Origin: a virus
Length of the DNA: 64,000 bases
Virus record (IMG/VR): IMGVR_UViG_3300032331_000527
Span: 64,001-128,000 of that record
Strand: one strand, 5' to 3'
Shown here: positions 38,961-47,767 of the stretch, piece by piece
Layout of the letters: every line of letters begins with the position of its first letter
Position numbering within the stretch: position 1 is the stretch's first letter
Notes under the pieces: model-generated
Databases searched by the model: none
What the model saw: only the letters and a program-made list of their open reading frames with translations
What the model was told of the DNA's origin: nothing
Made by a program: the position numbers and the translations under genes

Positions 38961-39275
38961 CGGGCCCGTTCTGTTCCAAGGTGGAGCCCATACCCGTGAG
39001 ATTACGCCGCTAGGCGAGTCTCGATGAGTGCATTATCGTTTGCATCTAGAACGTCGCTTTGGTCTACTCGTACCTTTACTACAATCCGTCGAACCTGTTT
39101 CGCCCCCATCAAAGATACACAATATCAAGCACCCTCTTGACCGCAGCCACTCACTTCCGTCGAAGCTATTCAAACGTGGTAGGACCCGTCGGCATTGTGT
39201 ATCTATGGTGGAGGCGTCGGGTACTGCCCCCGAGTCCGAATCGTCTATTCTGAACGCCTCAACAACCTTAGCGTA
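38961..39275 (-). ncRNA. ssrA: Circularly permuted two-piece tmRNA, alphaproteobacterial type; tag ANDNALIETRLAA
   Basis: The acceptor piece ...GACTCGGGGGCAGTACCCGACGCCTCCACCA (CCA ends 39206) precedes the coding piece GGGGGCGAAACAGGTTCGAC (starts 39107). The acceptor stem has G3-U70. Tag ORF is 39043-39002. Outer ends are approximate. Confidence 0.92.
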
Positions 39276-39410
39276 TTATTTATAATACCACTTTACGGGT
39301 GGATTGTCAAGAAGGAATTTCCTAGCCTGTGTCTCAGACCAGTTATTGATACAGATATATCGCGGGCAATCCCAGTAGATAAAAGCCCACGAGCTATAGT
39401 GCTCGCTCAT
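39276..39410 (-). CDS. Possible 44-aa protein (MSEHYSSWAFIYW...)
   Basis: Manual translation; GGAGA SD; ATGA overlap with the exonuclease stop. Confidence 0.35.
   Translation of the reverse strand: MSEHYSSWAFIYWDCPRYICINNWSETQARKFLLDNPPVKWYYK
39277..39310 (-). promoter_or_regulatory. Overlapping sigma70 (TTGACA-17-TATTAT) and late (TATAAATA) promoters for the tmRNA
   Basis: -35 at 39305-39310, -10 at 39282-39287, TATAAATA at 39277-39284. Confidence 0.8.
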
Positions 39411-40099
39411 GCTATCTCCGCCAGGGCTTTACGAACTCGATATTCGTGGTCGTCGCGCACGCGAATGAGATCAGCCACATAGTCGTTACGCTCGCCATGA
39501 AAAGCTTGGAACTCTTGGTCTTCGCTGACCATAAGGATAACGATATTAGGCGTCCTGATTCCAGTGTGCTCTTCGAACATGATTGAGTAAGCCGTAGCCT
39601 GTAGGAAGTAATCCTTAATCATGTCGCGAGTTTTCATTCGCGTGGCAGTCTTGAAATCGACTACAGTGACTTCACCGTTCCACTCGCAGATTAAGTCTGC
39701 TGTCCCTGCGACCCTGAGAATATCTGAGAACATAGGCGTTTCAGACGCATAGACAAGTTGCAAATTTTCATCCAGACATTTCTGAACAGGACGAAAGTAT
39801 GAGAGTGTCGTAGGTAGTATTTTTCTTGCATCTATTTCATCTCCGAGAATATATTTTTCCATGAGATTATGAAGAGCAGTCCCTCGGCTAGCTGCTTGTC
39901 TACTTATCTTGTTAGCTTGTTCTTCGCCGACACGACGTCGCCACTCAGCAAGAGACTTCTTCTTCTCAGGTTGAGAACCAAGAACGGTTGTTATTGATGG
40001 ATATATGTTACCATCGGGGGTCGAATATCGACGCCCCAATGATGTGTTGATTTGAAATGCTTTGGGTAAATCTATATGCGGACTATGGTCAAATTTCAC
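39407..40099 (-). CDS. PD-(D/E)XK exonuclease of T4-like phages
   Basis: YPSITTVL, RGTALH, AGTADLI, VDFKT and YFLQATAY motifs. Confidence 0.88.
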   Translation of the reverse strand: MKFDHSPHIDLPKAFQINTSLGRRYSTPDGNIYPSITTVLGSQPEKKKSLAEWRRRVGEEQANKISRQAASRGTALHNLMEKYILGDEIDARKILPTTLSYFRPVQKCLDENLQLVYASETPMFSDILRVAGTADLICEWNGEVTVVDFKTATRMKTRDMIKDYFLQATAYSIMFEEHTGIRTPNIVILMVSEDQEFQAFHGERNDYVADLIRVRDDHEYRVRKALAEIA

Positions 40100-40869
40100 A
40101 CTATCATTCCTCGTTCTTCAAGATCTGTTCGCGTAATTATATAGTCGCGAACGAAGCCTGAACGAACGATATCATTCTTATCAAATTTGACAATATCAAA
40201 AGATTTCATTTCAGCTGCTACCTTGAGCAGATTAGGCATTCCGCTGCCTTCACGAGTATAGTCCTTTTGCGTAAAGTCACCACAGAAGATAACACGACAT
40301 CCTTCACCTACGCGAGTCATTACCGTATGGATTTCATGGTCACTCATATTTTGACACTCATCAATTATAATAATGTTATCGCGAAATGTCAAGCCGCGAA
40401 GGAACGATGTTGTGTCAAATTGAATGTAGCCATTCTGTTTCAGCCAGTCGTAAGGCTTATCACAGACTTCCGAAATGATTCCTTGATAAGGGCTTTCGTA
40501 CACAGCAGCTTTATCCTTAGCATTGCCAGGAAGGAAACCGATGTCACGAGTTGGCACTACGCTTCGAAGGATGACGATTGGCTTAGGAGCGTCTCCACTA
40601 ATCATAGCATTCATAGAAAGCCATAACGCAATAAACGTCTTGCCTGTACCCGCGCAGCCATGAAGAATAAGATTTCTGTCGGAATGAAATGCTTCAAACG
40701 CGATACGCTGAGCAGCAGTCTTTGGGGAGATTTTACACAGACTAGGAATAACAGGTTGTCGATATCCTCCTGTTGTTCTAGTTCTCTTTTTTTGCTTTCG
40801 TTCTTTTCTCGTCAAATACTTACTGGCTTCGGCTTCAAGAAATGCTTCGTCTATGACTGGAGGCTTCAT
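40096..40869 (-). CDS. phoH: PhoH-family ATPase
   Basis: GCAGTGKT, IGFLPG, FLRGLTF, DECQN, GDFTQ and DIVRSG motifs. Confidence 0.93.
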   Translation of the reverse strand: MKPPVIDEAFLEAEASKYLTRKERKQKKRTRTTGGYRQPVIPSLCKISPKTAAQRIAFEAFHSDRNLILHGCAGTGKTFIALWLSMNAMISGDAPKPIVILRSVVPTRDIGFLPGNAKDKAAVYESPYQGIISEVCDKPYDWLKQNGYIQFDTTSFLRGLTFRDNIIIIDECQNMSDHEIHTVMTRVGEGCRVIFCGDFTQKDYTREGSGMPNLLKVAAEMKSFDIVKFDKNDIVRSGFVRDYIITRTDLEERGMIV

Positions 40870-40941
40870 TGTGGCTCCGATTGTTATGGTTATAGGGAAT
40901 CATAACGAAATACGAGAACGAGTCTGTGTCGTGAAATCTCC

Positions 40942-41175
40942 TTAGAATGTGTTGACGTTTGAGCGTGGATGTCGCTTCTTGATAGTCTTCAGAATATCTC
41001 TGAAGCCTGAGTCTGGTTTATTTTTGCTGGAAACGACGCCCGCTACGATAGGAGGAGCGCTGAGGCACTGACGCATGTGTGGATTCTCCGCGAGATAAGT
41101 CTCTAGCGCAGACCAAGACATGAATTCGGTGGAAGTTTCACCGGTTTCAGTATTTTCAATTGTGTATGTTGGCAT
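40942..41175 (-). CDS. Small FmdB-like conserved phage protein
   Basis: MPTY...GFRDILKTIKKRHP; typical position upstream of phoH; ACTAAATA late-promoter variant at 41185-41192. Confidence 0.6.
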   Translation of the reverse strand: MPTYTIENTETGETSTEFMSWSALETYLAENPHMRQCLSAPPIVAGVVSSKNKPDSGFRDILKTIKKRHPRSNVNTF

Positions 41176-41183
41176 CTTATCCT

Positions 41184-41870
41184 TTATTTAGTATCTGAGA
41201 GCACTTCCGAGAGTGACGGAAAAATCTTGATGATTTCATCCCAAGCCATAAGAGCAATTTCGCGATGCTCTTTCTGAGTTGCTACATCAGTCCTAACTTC
41301 CGCATAATGAATCCAAGAGCGTAGAGACCCAGCCATATACAAACGACTAATGATAAGTCCCTCAGGCAGTACAGCACGAGCCTGCTCCTTGGCAATTCCG
41401 TTTTCGATGGCCCACTGATAGGTTTCTTTTGATTTTGTTGTGAGATGTCTTTGCATTTCCTCCCACATTTCACTGAGTGATTCGTCGTCCGTCTCAATCG
41501 AGTTCTGTCGATTTTTTGTGTCTTGTAGACGGGCTTCACGGGTAACGAACCCCATGTCTTGTGTCGGATCTGCATAGCGTTGACTGAACTCCTGAAAGCT
41601 GAATGAACGATGGCGCAGAATCTGACGAGCAATATCACGGGTCGTCGTGATTTCCATACAGATAGAAATCATTTCAAATGGAGACCAATGCTTATGTTTG
41701 GCTAGATACTTAAGAAGTTTAGGAGCAGTTACAATATTCATCTGATTAGATGGATTACTCACGCGAGCGACGTATGCGATAAACTCATCTACTGTTAGCT
41801 TCTGTGGTTCTCCTGGAGCATCCGTCCAGATCCGCGGTTCACTTACAGCTACAACCTGTACTTTTTGCAT
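41184..41870 (-). CDS. thyX: FAD-dependent thymidylate synthase
   Basis: RQILRHRSFSFQEFSQRY signature, HWSPFE, ARAVLP and QKEHR. Confidence 0.95.
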   Translation of the reverse strand: MQKVQVVAVSEPRIWTDAPGEPQKLTVDEFIAYVARVSNPSNQMNIVTAPKLLKYLAKHKHWSPFEMISICMEITTTRDIARQILRHRSFSFQEFSQRYADPTQDMGFVTREARLQDTKNRQNSIETDDESLSEMWEEMQRHLTTKSKETYQWAIENGIAKEQARAVLPEGLIISRLYMAGSLRSWIHYAEVRTDVATQKEHREIALMAWDEIIKIFPSLSEVLSDTK

Positions 41871-42078
41871 TACGAGCATCCTCAATGAGTTTCAAAATTT
41901 GTGCAGTGCTTTCTTCGACTTCCCAAGTGATAACTCCACCTAGTCCACCGTAGACGAAAGACGAAAGGCTTCCGTCTGGAACTTTAGAATGTTCGTAGAC
42001 GCAAGTTATATGATCTGCATTAACGTAGAGAGGTTCTCCACGATAATCTCCGCTTACGTTTGTGAGTTTGATGAACAT
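41839..42078 (-). CDS. Small FlbD-like protein
   Basis: MFIKLT...YVNADHI...VEES pattern. Confidence 0.5.
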   Translation of the reverse strand: MFIKLTNVSGDYRGEPLYVNADHITCVYEHSKVPDGSLSSFVYGGLGGVITWEVEESTAQILKLIEDARNAKSTGCSCK

Positions 42079-42602
42079 GTGAACCACTCCGGAATTTCAC
42101 GATTCGTCCATTTTGCGAATCGTGCTTTATCTTTTATATAGTATGCGCGATAGCCGTCCACAGGATCGAGACGCTTGCAGTCGTCTGGCATAGCTTGAGG
42201 AAACTCGTAGACAGGACCATTCTTGAGACTGTTAGGCTTATGCGACAAGATTTTCCATAACAGTTCGCTCTTATGAACTCTGTTGTAGCGATAACGATAC
42301 TCGTTCAGCAGCGCACGGAATAACATAAGAGCCCACACATAGTTATCTGACGACTGCATCACCCACTGAGTACACGGATGACCTACATGCGTGGCTTTGT
42401 ATAGAGTAAGCTCGCGATCATCGTGTAGTTTCCAACGCTTGATCTTACGACCAGACGATGCGTCGGTATACTCTTCGCCGTCAAGAATACGATGCGCCGT
42501 AGAAAGCATCTGCGCTTCCTCAAGGATCATCTTGACCACATGCTTGTCACAGTGATACTCTGCGGCCTTGACTGGATTCTGGTCTAGAATAAACCGATTC
42601 AT
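42054..42602 (-). CDS. Pyrimidine-dimer DNA glycosylase-like (DenV-related) protein
   Basis: MNRFILD, CDKHVVKMILEEAQMLSTAH, HPC..W, PQAMPD and YRAYY motifs. Confidence 0.8.
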   Translation of the reverse strand: MNRFILDQNPVKAAEYHCDKHVVKMILEEAQMLSTAHRILDGEEYTDASSGRKIKRWKLHDDRELTLYKATHVGHPCTQWVMQSSDNYVWALMLFRALLNEYRYRYNRVHKSELLWKILSHKPNSLKNGPVYEFPQAMPDDCKRLDPVDGYRAYYIKDKARFAKWTNREIPEWFTCSSNSQT

Positions 42603-42614
42603 TCACTTCTCCCG

Positions 42615-42782
42615 TCATATAAGTTTCCTACTGGGTATAATTAACAACCAAGGTCTTGGCTTTTTCATAATATCTTCTACTGTAACTTTCAAGCAGCCTC
42701 TACGATAATAGTTACGATACCTATTCGTAATTGATATTACTGGTTGAAATGTATCTTGATTGATTCCAGCTTGCTGTTTCAT
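42615..42782 (-). CDS. Possible 55-aa protein
   Basis: Manual translation MKQQAGINQDTF...; fills the gap and is coupled to the upstream stop. Confidence 0.35.
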   Translation of the reverse strand: MKQQAGINQDTFQPVISITNRYRNYYRRGCLKVTVEDIMKKPRPWLLIIPSRKLI

Positions 42783-43483
42783 CATTTTCTATCTCCTAGC
42801 AACTGGAGCAGGTTCACAAAGATATTGATGAAGTCTAGGTAAAGATTGAGAGCGCCAAAAATACCAGCCTTGCGGATTTCTTCGTCATCATTTAGTTCAT
42901 AATACTTCTCTTTGAGATCCTGCATGTCATATGCAGTGAAGCCAACAAAGATAAGGACACCGATAACACTGATGGCAAAGGCCATAACGCTACTCTGTAG
43001 AAACAGATTGACGACACCAGCAATCATCAAACCAATAGCACCCATCATGAGAAACGATCCCATGCTACTCAGGTCACGCTTAGTTGTATATCCATACAAT
43101 GCAGTAGCACCAAATGTTGCAGCACTAATGAAGAACACATTAGCAATGCTGCCCAGCTTGAATATCATAAAGATGCTACTAAGGCTCAGGCCCATCAAAG
43201 CAGAGAAACAATAAAGCATAGTCCTTGCTGTGCTTGATGACATACTATCTGCCATGTACGAGAACAAAAACACGAATGCAAGAGGCGCAAAGATAGCAAC
43301 CCACTTGAATGGTGTTCCCCAAATGGCTGCACCAATCTCAGGTGTGAGACCAATGTATGCGCTGACAACCGCACTGATTAGTAGTGCGATTCCCATGTGA
43401 TTGAACACACCAACAAGATATGTTCTGAGACCCCAATCAACGACTGGTGCTGGATATGCTTGTGATTCGTTTTGATAAGACAT
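42782..43483 (-). CDS. Bax inhibitor-1/YccA family membrane protein
   Basis: About seven TM segments; YGYTTKRDLSSMG, TAYDMQ and GALNLYLDFINIF motifs. Confidence 0.92.
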   Translation of the reverse strand: MSYQNESQAYPAPVVDWGLRTYLVGVFNHMGIALLISAVVSAYIGLTPEIGAAIWGTPFKWVAIFAPLAFVFLFSYMADSMSSSTARTMLYCFSALMGLSLSSIFMIFKLGSIANVFFISAATFGATALYGYTTKRDLSSMGSFLMMGAIGLMIAGVVNLFLQSSVMAFAISVIGVLIFVGFTAYDMQDLKEKYYELNDDEEIRKAGIFGALNLYLDFINIFVNLLQLLGDRK

Positions 43484-43486
43484 GCC

Positions 43487-43858
43487 TTACTCCTTGTTTA
43501 GCCAGGGTTCAGAACCTTGCCCATAGTTTTCGGTCCAATCGAGAGGTTCTTTCCCCTCCAATGCTTTGCGGCAAGCCCACAATTGACAAACTTGTCCGCT
43601 TTTCTCGTCGCAATTCGACTCGCAAACGCAATTTGCATATTTCCGCAGCACCGCCTCCAGCTTCTCGATGCGGGCGGCGGCTTTATTGAAAGCATGGAAA
43701 TACAACTTAAATTGGCTTTCCAGCTTTTCGATGCGCTGTTCTTTATCAGCAATGGTCTGCTTCATTTCCATGATGCCGCCAGGGCCAGATTCAAGTTCTT
43801 TAATTCTCTGCTCCAGCCAGATTATTTGGCTTGATGCTGGGGTTCCCTTGTAGCTCAT
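43487..43858 (-). CDS. Hypothetical coiled-coil protein
   Basis: Repeated RIEKLE heptads; GGAG SD. Confidence 0.55.
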   Translation of the reverse strand: MSYKGTPASSQIIWLEQRIKELESGPGGIMEMKQTIADKEQRIEKLESQFKLYFHAFNKAAARIEKLEAVLRKYANCVCESNCDEKSGQVCQLWACRKALEGKEPLDWTENYGQGSEPWLNKE

Positions 43859-44075
43859 TTTCGTCATCTCCAGGATGAATGGTAAGTGTTGCTTCTCTTA
43901 GTCTGTATCCACGATCATGCCATGCTTGAATTATACGGGGGCGTTCGATATCATGTACCTCGTGCCCAAGCTTTCTATACCATGCTTCACCAGCAGTAGG
44001 AGCAAATGTCCAGTATCCGAGTTTCCAATCTGGATCACCAGGCGGAACAATTACGAAACCTTTGATTTCCTTCAT
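43800..44075 (-). CDS. Hypothetical protein
   Basis: GGAG SD before ATG 44075; operon packing. Confidence 0.5.
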   Translation of the reverse strand: MKEIKGFVIVPPGDPDWKLGYWTFAPTAGEAWYRKLGHEVHDIERPRIIQAWHDRGYRLREATLTIHPGDDENELQGNPSIKPNNLAGAEN

Positions 44076-44076
44076 A

Positions 44077-44757
44077 TCAAATCTCCACAATCTTCGGAGC
44101 ATATCTCCAATAGTCGTCACGCTCATTCTTGTAGCCACGCGGGTGACATACGACGCGAGTATCACCAATCATATAGTCAAAATCATCGTGCGTGTGCCCG
44201 TGAATCCAAAGCTTAGGTGGCTTTTTCATATTGAGAATCTGTTTCTCAAGATTATTGGCAAAGCACACATTATGCGGATCGTTCATATAGCGTTCATGCA
44301 CCGAACGCATCGTAGGCGCATGATGCGACACGATGATATCAGCATCCATACCGAATAGGAAATGCTTGTGCATCTCGTGGGCCTCAATCATAGCCTCGTG
44401 ATTGAGGTCATCGATATAGACACAATCAATCAGGCCTTTCTTGTATGTATACCAAGCAAGATTGTCGCGAACATCAGTCCACAGAGTAGCACCAGCGATA
44501 CGCACACCATTGACCTCACGCAGGATCGTGTGATACTTGGCGTCCGAGAACGTGTTGCCGTAGTAATCATGGTTGCCATTGATAGACAACATGTGGTCGT
44601 AATGCTTCTGGGTAAATCGTGCGCGATGGTCATTGTCCTCGCAGATATCGCCAGCGCAGATATAAAACACGTCTGCCTCAGGATCAAAGTCCCAAGGCGT
44701 TTCCTCCGTCTTCACAGTCTTGTACATGTGAAGGTCTGACATAATGCCAATCTTCAT
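44077..44757 (-). CDS. Calcineurin-like metallophosphoesterase
   Basis: SDLH, AGD, GNHDYY, SHHAP and HGHTH motifs. Confidence 0.9.
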   Translation of the reverse strand: MKIGIMSDLHMYKTVKTEETPWDFDPEADVFYICAGDICEDNDHRARFTQKHYDHMLSINGNHDYYGNTFSDAKYHTILREVNGVRIAGATLWTDVRDNLAWYTYKKGLIDCVYIDDLNHEAMIEAHEMHKHFLFGMDADIIVSHHAPTMRSVHERYMNDPHNVCFANNLEKQILNMKKPPKLWIHGHTHDDFDYMIGDTRVVCHPRGYKNERDDYWRYAPKIVEI

Positions 44758-44782
44758 AGCCATCTCCTTAATTCATATGACT

Positions 44783-44811
44783 ATTATAGTCCGTTTCATG
44801 TCGTTCGTCAA
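44783..44811 (-). promoter_or_regulatory. sigma70-type early promoter
   Basis: TTGACG-17-TATAAT. Confidence 0.75.
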
Positions 44812-44814
44812 GAC

Positions 44815-44973
44815 TTACCAGTGACGTATCACGCCAGCAATGATAAAGCAATTCGTCACTATGTAGGACACAACGATAAGAGTTCGAACCAGTGCTACCC
44901 GGTCCGACTCCCTATCATTAATACCTTCTTTTCTGCCGAGGGCTTTGGCCCAGATGCGCCAGAACTTAGCCAA
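44815..44973 (-). CDS. Small membrane protein conserved in T4-like phages
   Basis: Manual translation (TTG start): WRIWAKALGRKEG..DRESDRVALVRT...IIAGVIRHW. Confidence 0.6.
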   Translation of the reverse strand: MAKFWRIWAKALGRKEGINDRESDRVALVRTLIVVSYIVTNCFIIAGVIRHW

Positions 44974-45062
44974 GACGCTCGTTCCAGTATTCTACGATAT
45001 CAGCCCAAAGATCTGGGAAATAGCCATTAGCGAGCATGTCGTTATATACCATCTGTTCGAAC

Positions 45063-45320
45063 TCAGTCATTGTTAAAGAACTCCTTCTGCTCATCGGGGG
45101 TCATATGATACTCAAGCACACGCTTCATTGCTTTGCGTGTGCGACGGAAATCCTGAAGATCTTGTTTCTGCCACAACTCGAGCTTTCCTGTCGACTTAAT
45201 CTTATGCTTCAGATCGCGAATCTGATCAGTGAGATCGTTGAAGGTAATCTTAAGGCTTTCTAGAACAATCTTGTCTGCTAGCTCATAGTTGATATCAATA
45301 TGCATCTTGATCCCAGTCAT
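45063..45320 (-). CDS. Hypothetical protein
   Basis: 85-aa ORF in a tight operon. Confidence 0.55.
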   Translation of the reverse strand: MTGIKMHIDINYELADKIVLESLKITFNDLTDQIRDLKHKIKSTGKLELWQKQDLQDFRRTRKAMKRVLEYHMTPDEQKEFFNND

Positions 45321-45791
45321 TCACTTATCCTCCATATGCTCATAACAGGTATGACGGTATCCGCCGTCTTCGGTAGGCCAGCCGCAGCTGGTAACTTCAT
45401 AGCATCCTGGCTCGTCACAACAATTCAGGACTTCTTTTAGTTCCTTGAAATGATATTCGCGCATGTCTTCGCGACCTTGCTCGAATGCTCCCTTGAGCAT
45501 ACGCCTGGCATCGGGCAATGCCTCAGCGTTAAACTCATTGCTGATGAATAGCCCATCACTACACAATGGCGCATAAGCATCAGGGCCAAAACCAAGGCGT
45601 TCATAAATCAGATAACGGTATGATCCGCTTTCTGCGCCATGAGCAGCAATGTGTTTGAACACCCAACGAGTAACTGCAAGCTTCATATCATAATCGCAGG
45701 TTTCTGCGAGATTGTCAAGTTCTTTTTCACGCTCAGCCATTGCTTCACCTATCTTTGCGAAATCTTCCCACATATCATCTTTGTCGGTCAT
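45321..45791 (-). CDS. Hypothetical protein with a Cys-rich C-terminus
   Basis: GSYRYLIYERLGFGPDAY; CDEPGC...TCYEH. Confidence 0.6.
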   Translation of the reverse strand: MTDKDDMWEDFAKIGEAMAEREKELDNLAETCDYDMKLAVTRWVFKHIAAHGAESGSYRYLIYERLGFGPDAYAPLCSDGLFISNEFNAEALPDARRMLKGAFEQGREDMREYHFKELKEVLNCCDEPGCYEVTSCGWPTEDGGYRHTCYEHMEDK

Positions 45792-45997
45792 GGGATCATA
45801 TCCACAATTCGACCAGTCTGCTCACTCACAGCACGCACGCGAATAGTATATGGTGTTGCGTTTTGAGCCCGCTTTACTTGCATCATGCGCTGAGTAATTT
45901 CCTGAGAGTTGTTGATGATAGAACCCTGACAAACAGTCCAATCCATAACGACTTGTCCAGAAAGACCCAGCATCATCATTTCTATGCGTACAAACAT
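45788..45997 (-). CDS. Hypothetical protein
   Basis: 69-aa ORF ending RVRAV...GRIVD; GGAG SD. Confidence 0.55.
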   Translation of the reverse strand: MFVRIEMMMLGLSGQVVMDWTVCQGSIINNSQEITQRMMQVKRAQNATPYTIRVRAVSEQTGRIVDMIP

Positions 45998-45998
45998 A

Positions 45999-46283
45999 TC
46001 AAAACTCCTTCCATATGTAGCTTGAGTTTTTGGTCTTGAACTTTACGGTCCAGAAACCTTCATCATTGACTGACTCCTCAGTGATCTCGGTAATCGGTGT
46101 GGTCTGCCAGTAATCTGACGCGGAGTATGTACGACCATACGGCGAGCCGACGCGAACACCATAACCAACCATAGGATAGTCGGCATTCTTTACAGCCGTG
46201 CCGCTTTCAGCGTCAAGGATTTCACACATAGGCCCGGAGTCACCAGCACCATCTTTGTCACGCACCAACGAATATCTAGGCAT
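45999..46283 (-). CDS. Hypothetical protein
   Basis: RTYSASDYWQTTPITEI and FKTKNSSYIW. Confidence 0.55.
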   Translation of the reverse strand: MPRYSLVRDKDGAGDSGPMCEILDAESGTAVKNADYPMVGYGVRVGSPYGRTYSASDYWQTTPITEITEESVNDEGFWTVKFKTKNSSYIWKEF

Positions 46284-46588
46284 CAGTCTAATCCAAAATG
46301 ATCTTTGATTGATGTGGATACAGGAAATGTCCTGCATTTATATTGCGAATCATCAGCAAGTGTGATGCACTCCTCAGCGACTAACTTGATAAGCTTCATA
46401 ACATCATCGGAAATATCCACACCTTCGCGCCAGCGAGAAAGTATCTCATCTCCATCAACGCGAAAGCCAGCTTGAGTAATGATCTCGTGTAAACGCTCTT
46501 CGGTAATCAACGGTTCTCTCCTTGGACCCCACGGTGAAAAATCTTCATACTCACCATCATCTAGTGGATTATATCCTCCGAATGGCAT
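46283..46588 (-). CDS. Hypothetical protein, paralog of 37836-38051
   Basis: EERLHEIITQAG...LVAEEC...IKDHFG. Confidence 0.55.
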   Translation of the reverse strand: MPFGGYNPLDDGEYEDFSPWGPRREPLITEERLHEIITQAGFRVDGDEILSRWREGVDISDDVMKLIKLVAEECITLADDSQYKCRTFPVSTSIKDHFGLD

Positions 46589-46767
46589 CACTTCACCACA
46601 CAACGAGTCTGGATGTTGGTATCGTTCATCCAACGTCCATTGACATCCTTAGCAGCCTTTTGGACGACGATAGCAGCGACCTCACAAGCCTGCTGCCCTT
46701 TGTATTCCTGTTGGGAGACTGAAACACCATTATAGGCATTGGTCACTACGATCAGGACATATAGCAT
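46588..46767 (-). CDS. Small hypothetical protein with a hydrophobic N-terminus
   Basis: TGATG-coupled; two Cys. Confidence 0.45.
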   Translation of the reverse strand: MLYVLIVVTNAYNGVSVSQQEYKGQQACEVAAIVVQKAAKDVNGRWMNDTNIQTRCVVK

Positions 46768-47144
46768 CACTTGCACTCCCTTACATGCTTGCAGTCTTTA
46801 CGAAAGCCGAAGCCAACACAAGTGCAGCTCCAGTGCGAACCATCACAAGTTACAGTGTACGACGAGCCAGGCTTTGAACCCTTGACAGAGAAAAGCTTCT
46901 TGCTACTAGCAGCAGGCGCTGGCAAATAGCTCTGAAGGAAAGCTTTACACCAAGCCTTCTCTATCACGCGGACGGGAAACTTGGCATCACCCGTAGACAG
47001 GCAGAAAACATCATTGCCAAAGCCTTTGAGATTAGGCACGATGGTGCCGGTGTACTGATTCCACTCACGGATTACACCAGCAGCATACACAGCTGGATTA
47101 CGAGCGTCGCGGACTTGGACAGTTACAACATCGCCAACTTTCAT
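46767..47144 (-). CDS. SWIM zinc-finger protein
   Basis: YTV...SCTCVGF...CKH. Confidence 0.75.
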   Translation of the reverse strand: MKVGDVVTVQVRDARNPAVYAAGVIREWNQYTGTIVPNLKGFGNDVFCLSTGDAKFPVRVIEKAWCKAFLQSYLPAPAASSKKLFSVKGSKPGSSYTVTCDGSHWSCTCVGFGFRKDCKHVRECK

Positions 47145-47167
47145 GCCTGATCTCCTATCTATGAAGT

Positions 47168-47196
47168 ATTATATCATCGATTTCGATAGCTGTCAA
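47168..47196 (-). promoter_or_regulatory. sigma70-type early promoter
   Basis: TTGACA-17-TATAAT. Confidence 0.8.
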
Positions 47197-47767
47197 GTAT
47201 CACGTCTATCGTACCAAACATCTGCTCTATCGTGCCATTGTTATAGACAATAGCATCTACAGGCTCTCTGTTCCAAGCAGTTTCGCTCGTGTGAATATGC
47301 TCAGGATTTTTGCCAAACCAATCGGGAAGAGGACCACGCTGAACGTGCCAAATCTTGCCACCAAGACGACGAATCATTTCTATTTCATTGGGAAAGCGCA
47401 CGTCACTGATAACGAAGTCGCTTATGCCAAGTGAAAGATGATCCAATATACGCTTTTCTGTGGCTAACGCCCAGATTTCATTATGGAGATGATTTCTCAT
47501 GACTTCAGTTCCCATGAACTGAAGCATATATCGCGGAGACACATCAAAGCCAAGACGCTTGCTCCACCATTCGTCTTTGATTTCACGCTCATCGCGAGAC
47601 TGTTTGGTATCACCTTCGAGCATATCACGATCCCAGCCAAAGATACACGCAGCTGCATCCTTCAGTGTTTCTGCGAAGGACACGCCGACATAATCGTGCT
47701 GTTTCATGAGATGCTCAGCCGCAGTACCTTTGCCTGAGCCAATGAGTCCACACAATCCAATGATCAC
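47174..47767 (-). CDS. 1: Deoxynucleoside monophosphate kinase (gp1-like)
   Basis: GLIGSGKGT, SFA..LK, PRYMLQFMGTE, ISDVRFPNE and HTSE motifs. Confidence 0.9.
   Translation of the reverse strand: MIIGLCGLIGSGKGTAAEHLMKQHDYVGVSFAETLKDAAACIFGWDRDMLEGDTKQSRDEREIKDEWWSKRLGFDVSPRYMLQFMGTEVMRNHLHNEIWALATEKRILDHLSLGISDFVISDVRFPNEIEMIRRLGGKIWHVQRGPLPDWFGKNPEHIHTSETAWNREPVDAIVYNNGTIEQMFGTIDVILDSYRNR

Noticed and set aside
39028-39482. Plus-strand ORFs 39028-39285, 39059-39253 and 39195-39482
   Set aside because: They are antisense shadows of the tmRNA and its neighbours and have no protein features.
39407-40099. Cas4-like nuclease as evidence of CRISPR-Cas
   Set aside because: It is the usual PD-(D/E)XK exonuclease next to phoH in T4-like phages; no cas genes or array are nearby.
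40870-40941. Pho box or structured leader upstream of phoH
   Set aside because: Only a weak GTTATG/CATAAC hairpin is present, with no convincing 11-bp-spaced CTGTCAT repeats.
43060-43910. Shorter GATC gaps of about 0.8-0.95 kb (also 13185-14130 and 27925-28730)
   Set aside because: They are much shorter and plausibly due to chance, repeats or low complexity.
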